A stretch of DNA of 64,000 nt, from positions 9,188 to 73,187 of the forward strand of contig JBAMMA010000020.1 of the NCBI GenBank assembly GCA_039794005.1, given 5' to 3'. This document shows, piece after piece, positions 1-10,759 of the stretch. Within the stretch, counting starts at the first letter, position 1, and the number at the start of each line of letters is the position of its first letter. The position numbers and the translations under genes were made by a program. Source of the DNA: Thermoplasmata archaeon. Its GTDB lineage: Archaea; Thermoplasmatota; Thermoplasmata; Thermoplasmatales; ARK-15. A model generated the notes under the pieces. That model did no database searches. It saw nothing but the letters and a program-made list of their open reading frames with translations, and was not told where the DNA came from.

Positions 1-326
1 TGTGCAGAAGCCTTTGTTCCATCGGTGAATACGCCTGTGGATTCTATAACTACATCTATGTTTAAATCTTTCCAAGGCAATTTTGATGGATCTTTTTCTG
101 TAAATGTTAATATTTTTTTTCCATTCACTAGTATATAATTATCGCCAGCAACCACTTCAGCATTTAAAATTCCATAATTGCTATCATATTTTAACAAATG
201 TGCAAGCTGTTTTGATTCAACCAGATCATTAATGGCAACAATATCAATATTTGGATGGCCCATCGCAATTCTAAAAGTCAACCTTCCAATTCTTCCAAAT
301 CCGTTTATTGCAACCCTTAAAGCCAT
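1..326 (-). CDS. gap: Glyceraldehyde-3-phosphate dehydrogenase, class I (bacterial type); 5' part only, runs off the window edge
   Basis: Manual translation from the ATG at 326: MALRVAINGFGRIGRLTFR...VAINDL...LAHLLKYDSNYG...EKDPSKLPWKDLNIDVVIESTGVFT. GGTGA SD at 334-338. Not in the ORF track. Confidence 0.95.
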   Translation of the reverse strand, partial: MALRVAINGFGRIGRLTFRIAMGHPNIDIVAINDLVESKQLAHLLKYDSNYGILNAEVVAGDNYILVNGKKILTFTEKDPSKLPWKDLNIDVVIESTGVFTDGTKASA

Positions 327-439
327 AATATTATCACCAAACAATAAATTGATTGATAAATATTAATTTTTTTTATTGTTTTAATATATAAAAATAAAAT
401 TTGAGATTATGTTTTTAATTTAAATTACAATTTACCATC

Positions 440-1076
440 ATGGATAATCGTAAAAAAAGATTTTATTTAAGTTTAATTTCGTTTTTTTATATTATCCCTT
501 TTACCATCATTTTTATTCTATAACAAAATTGAAAAGGAGGAGTCAATAGCAATTAAGGCTGAACTCTTTCTATTTTCAATAATTATAGGTGAAATAATTG
601 CATTTGTTACATTTTATACAATAAATAGAGAGGATATTAATATTAAAAGTATAAATTTTAAACCCACAAAAAATCCAATACCTTATATTTTTGGGTTGGT
701 ATTTGTTTTAATATATTCATTGATACAAATTCAAATTCCACTGTTAAGAGAGTATTCATTTACTTTTAATACATTAAAATTATTTTCAATATTTGCAGCA
801 ATTGTTGCAGGAATTATTGAAGAAACTATATTTAGAGGATACATAATTAATTATTTCAAATCTAAAGGTTCTTATTCAATAATAATATCTTCTCTAATAT
901 TTTCAGTATTTCACATTACATGGAATGTCTTTGGAATGTTGGGTACATTTATTATCGGTCTGATTTTTGGATATATTTATTTTAAATGGAATTCATTTCT
1001 TCCAGACATAATATCACATGCATTATTAGATTCAATAATTGAACCTGGAATGATAATCTCATTCTTTTTAATTTAA
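440..1076 (+). pseudogene. CPBP/CAAX (Abi) intramembrane protease, frameshifted at a T7 run (482-488)
   Basis: ORF 696-1076 has the EExxFRG, FxxxH and HxxxD motifs. Its frame is open back to about 477. The ATG at 440 (MDNRKKRFYLSLISFF) joins this frame if one T is removed. Confidence 0.7.
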
Positions 1077-1114
1077 ATAATCTTTATAATATACAATTTT
1101 TATAGTTAAATGTT

Positions 1115-1699
1115 ATGAGTGATTATATTTTAATAAAGAAAAATGAAATTATCATTAATGGAATCAAGAGTGACGTAATCGAGAAATCTTACAAAAAGAT
1201 CAACATTAAAGGAAATCATTATATAAAAATTGAATATATAAAAAATAACAAATGGAAAATTGTTTTTTCAAATTTATCTGAAGGTATATTGGAAAATGAT
1301 ATTTTAACCATAAATGATAAAAAGTACTATATAAAATTAATAAATAGGGACAGAAAACAAATTTTAATGGAAATAAGAGATAAAAGTGATAATTTATGTT
1401 CAAAAATCTTTATAAATAAATGGGAAATCGCAATAGAAAATTACAATTGTGATGAAATTTCTATAGCATTGGGAGTTTTGTCGGTGGCTATTTATATTAA
1501 TATTGTAAAAGGATATGTTAAAATGCCTAGGAATGTTAAAATAATGTTTATAATATTAACAGTTGTTTTAACGGCATTAATATCTTTCCTAACATACCAA
1601 TCTTATAATTATAATAATTTAATAATATTATTATTCATTTATAATAGTATGATATACACCTTTTATATTTTATTTCTAGCGCTGAGAAAAAAAATCTAA
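1115..1699 (+). CDS. Hypothetical membrane protein (soluble N-terminus, C-terminal TM helices)
   Basis: 194-aa ORF with a hydrophobic C-terminus. Confidence 0.6.
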   Translation: MSDYILIKKNEIIINGIKSDVIEKSYKKINIKGNHYIKIEYIKNNKWKIVFSNLSEGILENDILTINDKKYYIKLINRDRKQILMEIRDKSDNLCSKIFINKWEIAIENYNCDEISIALGVLSVAIYINIVKGYVKMPRNVKIMFIILTVVLTALISFLTYQSYNYNNLIILLFIYNSMIYTFYILFLALRKKI

Positions 1700-1743
1700 A
1701 AAGTGAAAAATAAAACTTAATATCCAAATTTCAATATCAAATT

Positions 1744-2250
1744 ATGGATACTGAAACATTGGAAGAATTAATTAATTATATAGAAACACCAATTGAATAC
1801 GATTTATTTTTAAAATACCTTGAAGAATCTTATTCCAATGAAGAAATAAATGTTGATGAGTATAACGATTTAAAAAGAAAAATAAAAGAAAAGGAATATA
1901 TTAAAAATCAAAGATATGCAAAACCTGGAGATATAAAGGAAATAGTTTGTTACAAGGGTTATTTTGATAAAAAAGAAAAAGTGAACGTTGATTATACAAA
2001 CAGAATTCCAGAATTTTATAGGGAAGCTCTAAAAAGAAATCAAACCTTGTATGAATACATGAATGAAACAATAGGAATCCCTTCAAAGATGCATTTTAGA
2101 TTTATATTAAAAGATGAAGAAAAGAAGAAAATTGACATGACAAAGAATACATCAGAGATTGAAAATATTAAAAGAAAAATTGATAATTTAGAGGAAGAAT
2201 TGAAAAAATTAAAGGAAGAATTAGAAAAATTAGTAAATAAAAATAAATAA
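1744..2250 (+). CDS. Hypothetical protein with C-terminal coiled coil
   Basis: 168-aa ORF ending in a heptad-rich tail (IENIKRKIDNLEEELKKLKEELEKL). Confidence 0.65.
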   Translation: MDTETLEELINYIETPIEYDLFLKYLEESYSNEEINVDEYNDLKRKIKEKEYIKNQRYAKPGDIKEIVCYKGYFDKKEKVNVDYTNRIPEFYREALKRNQTLYEYMNETIGIPSKMHFRFILKDEEKKKIDMTKNTSEIENIKRKIDNLEEELKKLKEELEKLVNKNK

Positions 2251-2298
2251 AATGTAATTTTTATCTATGTAAATACAATATACCTATCTGGTGATTTC

Positions 2299-3630
2299 AT
2301 GACTGAAGAAGATGAAATGATGAACTTTTTGGGCATAAATAATATAGAGGAGCTTTTTGCAGATATCCCAGAAAATGTAAAAATAAAGGGAATAGATTTA
2401 CCGGATGGATTGGATGAAAATTCACTGAGATTGGAATTCAGAAGAATTCTGTCAAAGAATAGGTCATTTTATGAAATGCCTATATTCATGGGTGCTGGAG
2501 TTTATTTCCATTATATTCCTTCAACTGTGTTTTCAATAATTTCCAGGTCTGAATTTTATACCGCATATACACCATATCAACCGGAAATATCACAGGGTAT
2601 GTTACAGACATTATTTGAATACCAGAGTTACATAGCAGAATTAACAGGTCTACCGGCTGTAAATGCATCAATGTATGATGCTCCAACATCATTAGGCGAG
2701 GCTGCAAGGATGTCATATTACATTAATGGTAAAAGGGAGGTGTTAATACCAAAAAATATCCAATGGGAGAAAAAGAGTGTTTTGTGGAATTATATAAAGG
2801 GATTGGAAATGAAAATCGTTGAATATGATTATGATAAAAAAACCGGAGGCATAGATCTTGAATCATTGAAATCTAAAATTAATGAAAATACTTCCATGGT
2901 ATACGCTGAAATTCCAAATTTCTTTGGTATTATTGATGAAAATATTACGAAAATCAGAGAATTCGGAGATTTCATATTTACTGTAGGTGTAAACCCTATT
3001 TCACTTGGAATTTTAAAACCACCTGCAGATTATGGAGCAGATATAGTAATTGGAGAGGGGCAAATATTGGGAAATCCAGTTAATTTTGGAGGGCCATTGT
3101 TGGGTATATTTTCTACAAAAATGGAATATATAAGAAAAATGCCTGGAAGAATTATCGGTATGTCCAAAGATAATCATGGTAAAAGAGCATTTGTCATGAC
3201 TTTACAGACAAGGGAACAACATATTAGAAGAGCGAAGGCAACCAGCAATATATGTTCCAATGAGGCATTGGTTGCAGTGGCATCTGCAGTTTATTTATCC
3301 ACACTTGGTAAATCAGGGTTAAAGAAATTGGCGGAAATCAATATGTCCAGGGCAAATTACGTCTTAGAAAATATAAAGAAAATATATGGATATAGCTCAC
3401 CTCATTCTGGGCTTCATTTTAACGAATTCGTGATAACTTTACCGGATAAAGAAATAAATGTGCATAAAAAACTGCTTTCAAAAGGAATACATGGTGGATA
3501 TTTGATAAATACAATGACAAACAACTATTATCCAGAACTTGGAGAAAGCATGTTATTGAACGTTACAGAAGTACATACTGATAATGATATTAACAAGTTG
3601 TTGGATGCTCTGAGGGAGGTGGTTTCATGA
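2299..3630 (+). CDS. gcvPA: Glycine cleavage system P protein subunit 1
   Basis: YTAYTPYQPEISQG and LQTREQHIRRAKATSNICSN motifs; GGTGA SD. Confidence 0.97.
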   Translation: MTEEDEMMNFLGINNIEELFADIPENVKIKGIDLPDGLDENSLRLEFRRILSKNRSFYEMPIFMGAGVYFHYIPSTVFSIISRSEFYTAYTPYQPEISQGMLQTLFEYQSYIAELTGLPAVNASMYDAPTSLGEAARMSYYINGKREVLIPKNIQWEKKSVLWNYIKGLEMKIVEYDYDKKTGGIDLESLKSKINENTSMVYAEIPNFFGIIDENITKIREFGDFIFTVGVNPISLGILKPPADYGADIVIGEGQILGNPVNFGGPLLGIFSTKMEYIRKMPGRIIGMSKDNHGKRAFVMTLQTREQHIRRAKATSNICSNEALVAVASAVYLSTLGKSGLKKLAEINMSRANYVLENIKKIYGYSSPHSGLHFNEFVITLPDKEINVHKKLLSKGIHGGYLINTMTNNYYPELGESMLLNVTEVHTDNDINKLLDALREVVS

Positions 3631-5087
3631 CCTTTCATCAGGCAGTATGGGATGAACCTTTAATATTTGAAAAAAATGGGAAAAGAACCATTAAATTACC
3701 CAATGAAGAGAGTGAATTTAATATAAATATTCCAGAATCTTTGAAAAGGGATAATTTAAACATTCCGGATAATGAAGAATATGAAGTTTTGAGACATTAT
3801 GTAAGATTATCGCAGATGAACTATGGCGTGGATTTGAATACATATCCACTAGGATCATGTACCATGAAGTTTAATCCAAAGATAGCCGATGAAATTTCAT
3901 CAATGGATCAAGTTAGATATATACATCCTTATCAGGACATAGATACAATACAGGGCGCCCTGCAAATAATGTATGAATTACAAGAATCTTTAAAGAAAAT
4001 TACCTACATGGATGCTTTTACCCTTCAACCCATTGCCGGAGCTGACGGTGAATTTACGGGATTGCTCATCGTAAAAGCATATCATGAAGATAGGAAGGAT
4101 TTTAAGAGAAAAGAAATTATAGTTCCAGATTCTGCACATGGAACCAATCCAGCAAGCTCTACAATGGCAGGATTTAACACTATAGAAATACCTAGCAATG
4201 ATCAGGGGATGGTGGATTTAAAAGCACTTGAAGAGGCATTGTCTGATAGAACAGCCGCATTTATGATAACAAATCCAAACACACTCGGTATATTTGAAGA
4301 AAATATTGAAAAGATTGCAGAATTGGTACACTCACATGGAGCATTATTATATTATGATGGTGCCAATCTAAATGGAATAATGGGAAAGACAGCTCCGGGT
4401 AAAATGGGTTTTGACATTGTACATGTAAATCTCCATAAGACATTTGCAACACCACACGGAGGAGGAGGCCCGGGTGCAGGTCCAGTTGGTGTTAAACATC
4501 ATCTACTGGATTATCTACCAGTTCCAATAGTTTCATTCGATGGCAATAAATATTATTTAGATTACAATGTAAAGAAATCGATAGGTAAAGTTGCAATGTT
4601 TTATGGAAATTTTGGCGTTCTTGTAAGGGCATGGGCATACATTAAATTGATGGGTGGAGATGGTTTGAAGAAAGCTACAGAAAGGGCTGTTTTAAATACA
4701 AACTATCTGAGAAAAAAATTGAAAGGGTACTATGATCTACCGTATAAAGAATTGAGGAAACATGAGGTTGTATTCAGTGGTAAAAACCTAAAACAATATG
4801 GAATTAGAACGTTGGATGTTGCAAAGAGAATGTTGGACTATGGAATCCATGCACCAACCATATACTTCCCATTAATAGTGGAGGAGGCCTTGATGATAGA
4901 GCCTACAGAAACGGAGAGCAAAGAATCCCTGGATAAGCTTGCTGAAATAATGATAAAAATAGCAGAAGAGGCAAAGACAAATCCAGAGTTATTGAAGACC
5001 GCACCTCATAATACGGCAGTGGGTAGAATAGATGAAGTTGAGGCCAACAGAAATCCAATAGTATCATACAGAATGATAAAAAGATGA
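3627..5087 (+). CDS. gcvPB: Glycine cleavage system P protein subunit 2
   Basis: PLGSCTMK, SAHGTNPAS and the PLP-lysine motif NLHKTFATPHGGGGPG. Confidence 0.97.
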   Translation: MTFHQAVWDEPLIFEKNGKRTIKLPNEESEFNINIPESLKRDNLNIPDNEEYEVLRHYVRLSQMNYGVDLNTYPLGSCTMKFNPKIADEISSMDQVRYIHPYQDIDTIQGALQIMYELQESLKKITYMDAFTLQPIAGADGEFTGLLIVKAYHEDRKDFKRKEIIVPDSAHGTNPASSTMAGFNTIEIPSNDQGMVDLKALEEALSDRTAAFMITNPNTLGIFEENIEKIAELVHSHGALLYYDGANLNGIMGKTAPGKMGFDIVHVNLHKTFATPHGGGGPGAGPVGVKHHLLDYLPVPIVSFDGNKYYLDYNVKKSIGKVAMFYGNFGVLVRAWAYIKLMGGDGLKKATERAVLNTNYLRKKLKGYYDLPYKELRKHEVVFSGKNLKQYGIRTLDVAKRMLDYGIHAPTIYFPLIVEEALMIEPTETESKESLDKLAEIMIKIAEEAKTNPELLKTAPHNTAVGRIDEVEANRNPIVSYRMIKR

Positions 5088-5974
5088 AAATCGTAATATA
5101 CGGTGCTGGAGCAGTGGGTAGTCTATTCGGGGCATATTTATCAAAGTACCACGAGGTAACATTGATTGCGCGTAAAGAACATGTTGAAAAGATAAAAAAC
5201 AATGGATTAATAATAAAAGGGAAGACAAACGATGTCTTTAAATTGAACGCATCTGAAAATTATGATGGAGGGGCGGATGTAATATTTTTAACTGTAAAAT
5301 CTTATGATACAGAAAATGCGATGATTAAATTAAAAGATATTCTGAAAGATGAAATTATCATATCATTGCAAAACGGTCTTGATAATATTGACATAATCAG
5401 AAAATATTATAAAAAAAGGATTGCTGCAGGAATAACAACAGAAGGCATAACATTTGAAAAACCAGGAGAGATCATTCATACAGGCAATGGAATTACTAAA
5501 CTTGGAAACGTTGAAAATGTTGATAAAAATATAATATTGGAAATAGTGGAATCTCTGAACAAATCAGGATTAAAAAGTGAATATTCTTTTGATATTGTTA
5601 AAGAAATATGGATTAAGGGATTCATAAATGCCTGTATAAATCCTCTTACCGCAATATTAAGAGCAAAGAATGGCAATCTGACAAGACCACCATTATTGAA
5701 TATATTCAATGATCTGTGCAAAGAAATAGAAATTTTGGCTAAATTGATTGGAATAAATGAAAATATTTATAATTTGAGCTATGAAGTTGCCAGAAATACA
5801 TATGATAATTATTCCAGCATGCTTCAGGACATATTGAAAAATAAAAGGACTGAAATAGATCATATCACCGGAATTATACTAAAATTGGCAGGAGAATATA
5901 ATCTGAGAATGCCAATAAACGAAACTTTATATAATATGGTAAAATATATCGAAGAAAATTATGGAAAACAATAA
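5084..5974 (+). CDS. panE: 2-dehydropantoate (ketopantoate) reductase
   Basis: GAGAVG Rossmann motif, TVKSYD, LQNG, SSMLQD, TEID. Confidence 0.92.
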   Translation: MKIVIYGAGAVGSLFGAYLSKYHEVTLIARKEHVEKIKNNGLIIKGKTNDVFKLNASENYDGGADVIFLTVKSYDTENAMIKLKDILKDEIIISLQNGLDNIDIIRKYYKKRIAAGITTEGITFEKPGEIIHTGNGITKLGNVENVDKNIILEIVESLNKSGLKSEYSFDIVKEIWIKGFINACINPLTAILRAKNGNLTRPPLLNIFNDLCKEIEILAKLIGINENIYNLSYEVARNTYDNYSSMLQDILKNKRTEIDHITGIILKLAGEYNLRMPINETLYNMVKYIEENYGKQ

Positions 5975-8144
5975 GGTTGAAATATCATTTAAAAGAGACC
6001 TTAAATTCATTGATTTAATAAATGTAGGAGTAGGGGCCATGACCGGCGCAACAATATATATGATGGCCGGTCAAGCCGTTGCATATTCTGGAACGGCAAT
6101 ATTTTTAGCTCTCATTTTCAATTATTTCATAACAATCTTAACTGCTATGACATATGCAGAATTATCAACAATATATCCGGAGGCGGGAGGTGGCTATCTA
6201 TTTGTTGAGGAGGCTTTGCCAAAACCATTTGGTTTTATGGGAGGATGGATGTCATGGTTTTCACATTCAATTGCGGATTCATTTTACTCGGTAACTTTTG
6301 CGACGGGTATTGTCTGGTTAATGGAATTGTATTCAATCCCAATCTGGAATCCAAATTTATTAATTAAATTACTGGCAGTTTTAATAATAGGGATTATTGT
6401 TTTTATAAATTATTGGGGAACAAAATCTACAGGAATTAGCCAGACGACAATAAACATGATCCAAATATTATTGATATTTGTAATTGGAGGTATTGGGATT
6501 TATGGTATTTTGACCAGACACATAAATCCGATAAATAATATATTTCCAATTTCGGGATCTCCATTCGGAACATTGTTAGCCATGGGTTTACTGTTTGTTG
6601 GATTTGAAGGTTATGAAATAATTGCACAAAGTGCAGAAGAGATTGAAAATCCAAAGAAAAATCTTCCGAGGGCCATCATACTATCTGTTACAATCGTAAC
6701 ATTGCTTTATCTATTTTTATTTTTTGTAATGATTGGTTCAATAGGGCCAATTAAATTTGCATCATGGGGAAATTCAGCAGTTTTTAATTTTGGACAATAT
6801 TTTATGGGTTCTATTGGTGGCTCCATAGTAATACTCGCCTTGATATTCGGAGCTGTTTCAACATTAAATGCAACGGTTTATTCCGCGATAAGGGTATCAT
6901 TTGCAATGGGGAGGAATGGTTCATTACCTAGATTTTTTGCAAGAATGCATACAAAAAGGAGAACCCCACATGTTGCCACAGTTATATCTGGTGCTATCAT
7001 AGCGGTAATGGCTGTGGCATTTCCACTCGATACAATAGTTGCTGCAGCATCAATTATGTTTTTGCTTCTATTTACATTAGTCAACATTGCAGTTATAGTA
7101 AATAGATACAAAAATCCAAATATTAAAGCCGAATGGAAAATGCCATTATTCCCATTGATTCCCGTATTGGCAATATTTACTAAACTTCTGGTTGCTTTTA
7201 CTTTATGGTTATTTTCACCTACTGCATGGTATGTCGCTATCTTATGGATTGAAATTGGTCTAATAATATACTATTTCTGGGTAGGTAAAAGGGAAATAGA
7301 GGAGGGGGAAATTATCAAACCTTCGCATGCTGTAGAGGAATTGAGAAAAAATAATATAATGGTTGCCGTGGCGGATGAAGATTATGATAGTGTAAGGCTT
7401 GCTGCACAATTATCCAAAAATACAGGTGGTAATTTATACATATACCATGTTTATGAGGTCCCTCCCACTATAAATCCATATGCCATGAGGTATAACGATG
7501 TAAGCTTAGAGATTAAAATGATTGATAGACTTGAAAAGCATGCAAAAAAGTATAAGAGGTCCGTCACACCAATTTTACAGGTAAGTCATGATATATACAA
7601 TTCAATACAGAATGCGATAAAAGAAAAAAATATTAAGATTCTATTCTTGAAATACAGGAAAAGGTTAATCGGTTCTAAGATTGAAAGACTTTACAAGAAC
7701 CAAAGGGCGGATTTAATAATTTTTAAAGATCATATTCCAGAGGAGATTAAAAATGTTAATATTATTATATCAAAGAAAAGGAGTCATAAATTCGCGTTGG
7801 ACGTAGGAATAAAACTTGCAAATGAAAATAATTCAAGAATAACAATATATTCATTTTCAACCGATAAAAGTTTTATAGAAAAAATTGAAAATTACTTAAA
7901 TGAAATGCACATTGATTTTGAAATGAAAATATTAAATAAGGAAAATGAAATAGAAAATATTAAAGAAATAATAAGTAAAGGCGATTTAACAGTTCTTGTA
8001 CCACCTTCAGAAATATTTGAAAGGAACATTTCAATTTCATATGAAATTTCTATAATATCCAAATTAGATGGGCCATTCATAATTGCAAAGAAAATGGAAA
8101 CAGGATATGATGATAATTATTATTCACTTGTTCATCATGCATAA
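5961..8144 (+). CDS. APC-family amino acid permease with C-terminal USP-like domain(s)
   Basis: YAEL..YPEAGGGY, GFEGYE, AEEIENPKKNLPRA; about 12 TMs followed by a soluble alpha/beta tail. Confidence 0.9.
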   Translation: MENNKVEISFKRDLKFIDLINVGVGAMTGATIYMMAGQAVAYSGTAIFLALIFNYFITILTAMTYAELSTIYPEAGGGYLFVEEALPKPFGFMGGWMSWFSHSIADSFYSVTFATGIVWLMELYSIPIWNPNLLIKLLAVLIIGIIVFINYWGTKSTGISQTTINMIQILLIFVIGGIGIYGILTRHINPINNIFPISGSPFGTLLAMGLLFVGFEGYEIIAQSAEEIENPKKNLPRAIILSVTIVTLLYLFLFFVMIGSIGPIKFASWGNSAVFNFGQYFMGSIGGSIVILALIFGAVSTLNATVYSAIRVSFAMGRNGSLPRFFARMHTKRRTPHVATVISGAIIAVMAVAFPLDTIVAAASIMFLLLFTLVNIAVIVNRYKNPNIKAEWKMPLFPLIPVLAIFTKLLVAFTLWLFSPTAWYVAILWIEIGLIIYYFWVGKREIEEGEIIKPSHAVEELRKNNIMVAVADEDYDSVRLAAQLSKNTGGNLYIYHVYEVPPTINPYAMRYNDVSLEIKMIDRLEKHAKKYKRSVTPILQVSHDIYNSIQNAIKEKNIKILFLKYRKRLIGSKIERLYKNQRADLIIFKDHIPEEIKNVNIIISKKRSHKFALDVGIKLANENNSRITIYSFSTDKSFIEKIENYLNEMHIDFEMKILNKENEIENIKEIISKGDLTVLVPPSEIFERNISISYEISIISKLDGPFIIAKKMETGYDDNYYSLVHHA

Positions 8145-9413
8145 ATATAATTTTTCCAGGATGTCCGTTTTGACATCATCTATTTTGCCAATATCATCTA
8201 TGTAAACCAATATTTCATAAATTTTTTTGTTGTTTTCAATCTTTTGCAAATAAACCTTTGGTTTATTATTATAAATGATATGATCATTGATCTTCTCCTT
8301 CAGGATGCACTCTTCAATAAAGTCTTTATCAACATTTTTTTCTGTCAATAATTCAATCTTAACAGGTATTATCTTTTCATATATCCCAATATTTGTTACA
8401 GAATAATTCATCATTTTTGAATTTGGTACATATATTATATTGCCTCTATGATCTCTTAGAACTGTATTCATAATTTTAATGTCTATAATTTCTCCGATAA
8501 AATTGATGTCATCAATTTTTATATAATTTCCAATAACGAATGTTTCAGATATTAAAATTGAAAGACCTGCCAGAGCATTTATTAAAGGAGGTGTAAAAAT
8601 TATTGAGAATGAAAATATTAAAAATATTATAAATACAATAAATACAAAAACATCTGCATATGTAAAACCTATCATTGATAGAAATACCAAAATTATGCCT
8701 ACGATAATGATGGATGAAATAAAGTGTTTCAGTATTCCGGATATGTATAATAATAATTTATCTTTATTCGCCCTGGATTTTAATTTTATATCCTTTAAAT
8801 ACGCATTGATGAATAGATAAGTCAAAATGCCGCCCAATAAAAGGATAAACATTGTTATGAATCCGTCTATGTTTTTTGACGAAAATGAATATATCCCTTC
8901 AACGGTATTTTTTAATATGCCAAAACTGGAGAGAATGACAATTAATATAAAAATGGTCGTTAACGAGTATATTAAATATTTTATAAATAATTCCATATAT
9001 GAACTCAACTTGTAACTCCAAATATTTTTTGGTTTAATATGCAATTCCCCTCTTAAATATCTAAATAATCTGCTGTTGATGGTTAAAAACAAAAATGAAA
9101 ATAGAAAGATCATCATAATCAAAAAGAACATGTTGAAATACGGGAAAATAATTTTAGTTGTATACTGGGCCAATAAATTCATTGAGAATGCATATGATAA
9201 AATTATTATTATGAACAGAAAGGAAAATAATGTATATAAAAATATTATTTCTAATATACTGAATGCCTCATCACCCAAAATTGGACTTTCTTTAATTTTA
9301 AGATATTTTATTAATCTTGTTAAATATGAAACCAAATATAATCCAATAACAATTATACCAATTGTTACAATTATAGGGATCAAGAGATCATTTAATAATT
9401 CAAATAAATTCAT
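8124..9413 (-). CDS. MscS-family mechanosensitive channel with extended N-terminal TM region
   Basis: LINALAGL..L.SETFVIGNYI...GEIIDI...VPNS MscS core. Confidence 0.88.
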   Translation of the reverse strand: MNLFELLNDLLIPIIVTIGIIVIGLYLVSYLTRLIKYLKIKESPILGDEAFSILEIIFLYTLFSFLFIIIILSYAFSMNLLAQYTTKIIFPYFNMFFLIMMIFLFSFLFLTINSRLFRYLRGELHIKPKNIWSYKLSSYMELFIKYLIYSLTTIFILIVILSSFGILKNTVEGIYSFSSKNIDGFITMFILLLGGILTYLFINAYLKDIKLKSRANKDKLLLYISGILKHFISSIIIVGIILVFLSMIGFTYADVFVFIVFIIFLIFSFSIIFTPPLINALAGLSILISETFVIGNYIKIDDINFIGEIIDIKIMNTVLRDHRGNIIYVPNSKMMNYSVTNIGIYEKIIPVKIELLTEKNVDKDFIEECILKEKINDHIIYNNKPKVYLQKIENNKKIYEILVYIDDIGKIDDVKTDILEKLYLCMMNK

Positions 9414-9447
9414 TAAAAGTTAATATAATCAGAATTATTTAAAATTT

Positions 9448-10122
9448 TCATATTAAATTCAATTCCTTCAATATTTCTATCACTCCATATCCATATTTTC
9501 TCCTGCTAATATATTTTGATACCCTTTTTAGTTCCTCTATTGCATTCCCAACGGATGCTCCAACGCCACAATTTTTAACCATATCAATATCATTTTCACT
9601 ATCTCCAATGGCCAGAATTTCTGAACAGTCAATGTTTAACATTTCTGAGGCCTTTTTAACGCCAAAATATTTATTCTGTTCCATATGTGAAATATGTATG
9701 CCAAAGCCTGTATATTCAACCCTATAACCTCTCGGTATAAAATAATCCTTTACTTTTTTTACATTATAATCCGGAACTATTGCAATAGATGTTTCCCTCC
9801 ATCTATCTGTATAAATCCTCTTAACGTCCGGATTTAATTTTTTAAAATTTTCAAATTCCTTTTCTATATCATCCCTATCAAAATATCTGTATATATTATT
9901 ATTATAAAAAATAATACCTCCATTTTCACCTATCACTGGCCCTGAAAGCCCTATAAGAATTTTCATACCTAAAGCGACAGGTAAAGTATTACCGCTTACC
10001 AACATCACCTTTATGCCCTCATTCTCCAGTTTTCTGAGTGCTGATATTACCTTTACTGGTATTATTCTCTTATCATTTGTCAAGGTGCCATCAATATCCG
10101 TAGCCACAGCCTTAATGTTCAT
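9448..10122 (-). CDS. HAD-family phosphoglycolate phosphatase (TA0175/SPP-like)
   Basis: DIDGTLT, SGN, ENGG, K and GDSENDIDM HAD-IIB motifs. Confidence 0.9.
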   Translation of the reverse strand: MNIKAVATDIDGTLTNDKRIIPVKVISALRKLENEGIKVMLVSGNTLPVALGMKILIGLSGPVIGENGGIIFYNNNIYRYFDRDDIEKEFENFKKLNPDVKRIYTDRWRETSIAIVPDYNVKKVKDYFIPRGYRVEYTGFGIHISHMEQNKYFGVKKASEMLNIDCSEILAIGDSENDIDMVKNCGVGASVGNAIEELKRVSKYISRRKYGYGVIEILKELNLI

Positions 10123-10172
10123 TGCAATTAAAAATATAAAGTAGATTAAAATACCTTTTCATAGGTGCAAAT

Positions 10173-10475
10173 ATGGTTCATCCCCAGGCTAAAATAAACG
10201 CATCAAAATGGATAAAAAATTTACTGAGCCTAGCTAAGGAGATGGAGTTAAAGAATGATCTAGAATTGGAAAAAAGATACATTTTTCTGGCATTGGAAAT
10301 ATCAAAACATTATAAAGTGAAGTTTGATAAAAGGTACATATGCAAAAATTGTTATTCTTATTTAATTCCAGGAAAAAATGCAACGATAAGAATCAGAAAG
10401 GGAAGGATAATTTTAAAATGCTTAAAATGCGGAAATATTAAAAGATTTATAATAAGAAAAAATCAGACTTCGTAA
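10173..10475 (+). CDS. rnp4: Ribonuclease P protein component 4 (Rpp21)
   Basis: ICKNCYSYLIPG...IRI...KCLKCG zinc ribbon; RY in the N-terminal helix. Confidence 0.88.
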   Translation: MVHPQAKINASKWIKNLLSLAKEMELKNDLELEKRYIFLALEISKHYKVKFDKRYICKNCYSYLIPGKNATIRIRKGRIILKCLKCGNIKRFIIRKNQTS

Positions 10476-10729
10476 TCTTTTTCTTGTTCCTCTGTTTCTC
10501 CAACAGTTTCTATCTGAAAATAAACATTCATCCCCTTCAAGGTTTCATGAATTCTATCAGCAAACCATATTGCATCTTCTATTGTGGCATGATCTCCCCA
10601 TTCATATACAAAATCGTACCAGCCGGTCATGGGCCTGAATCCAATGGCTTCCAAAGCATTTACAATATCTGAAGGCTTGGATCCTTCGCTATTAAATGTT
10701 ATTTTCAAATATGTCTTCATAATACTCAT
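10463..10729 (-). CDS. Small acidic hypothetical protein
   Basis: 88-aa ORF, co-oriented with the PHP and HPS genes. Confidence 0.7.
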   Translation of the reverse strand: MSIMKTYLKITFNSEGSKPSDIVNALEAIGFRPMTGWYDFVYEWGDHATIEDAIWFADRIHETLKGMNVYFQIETVGETEEQEKDYEV

Positions 10730-10759
10730 ATCCTGAATCCACTAACTTATTAAAAAATT

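Noticed and set aside
178-366. 62-aa plus-strand ORF in the track
   Set aside because: Antisense shadow of the GAPDH gene
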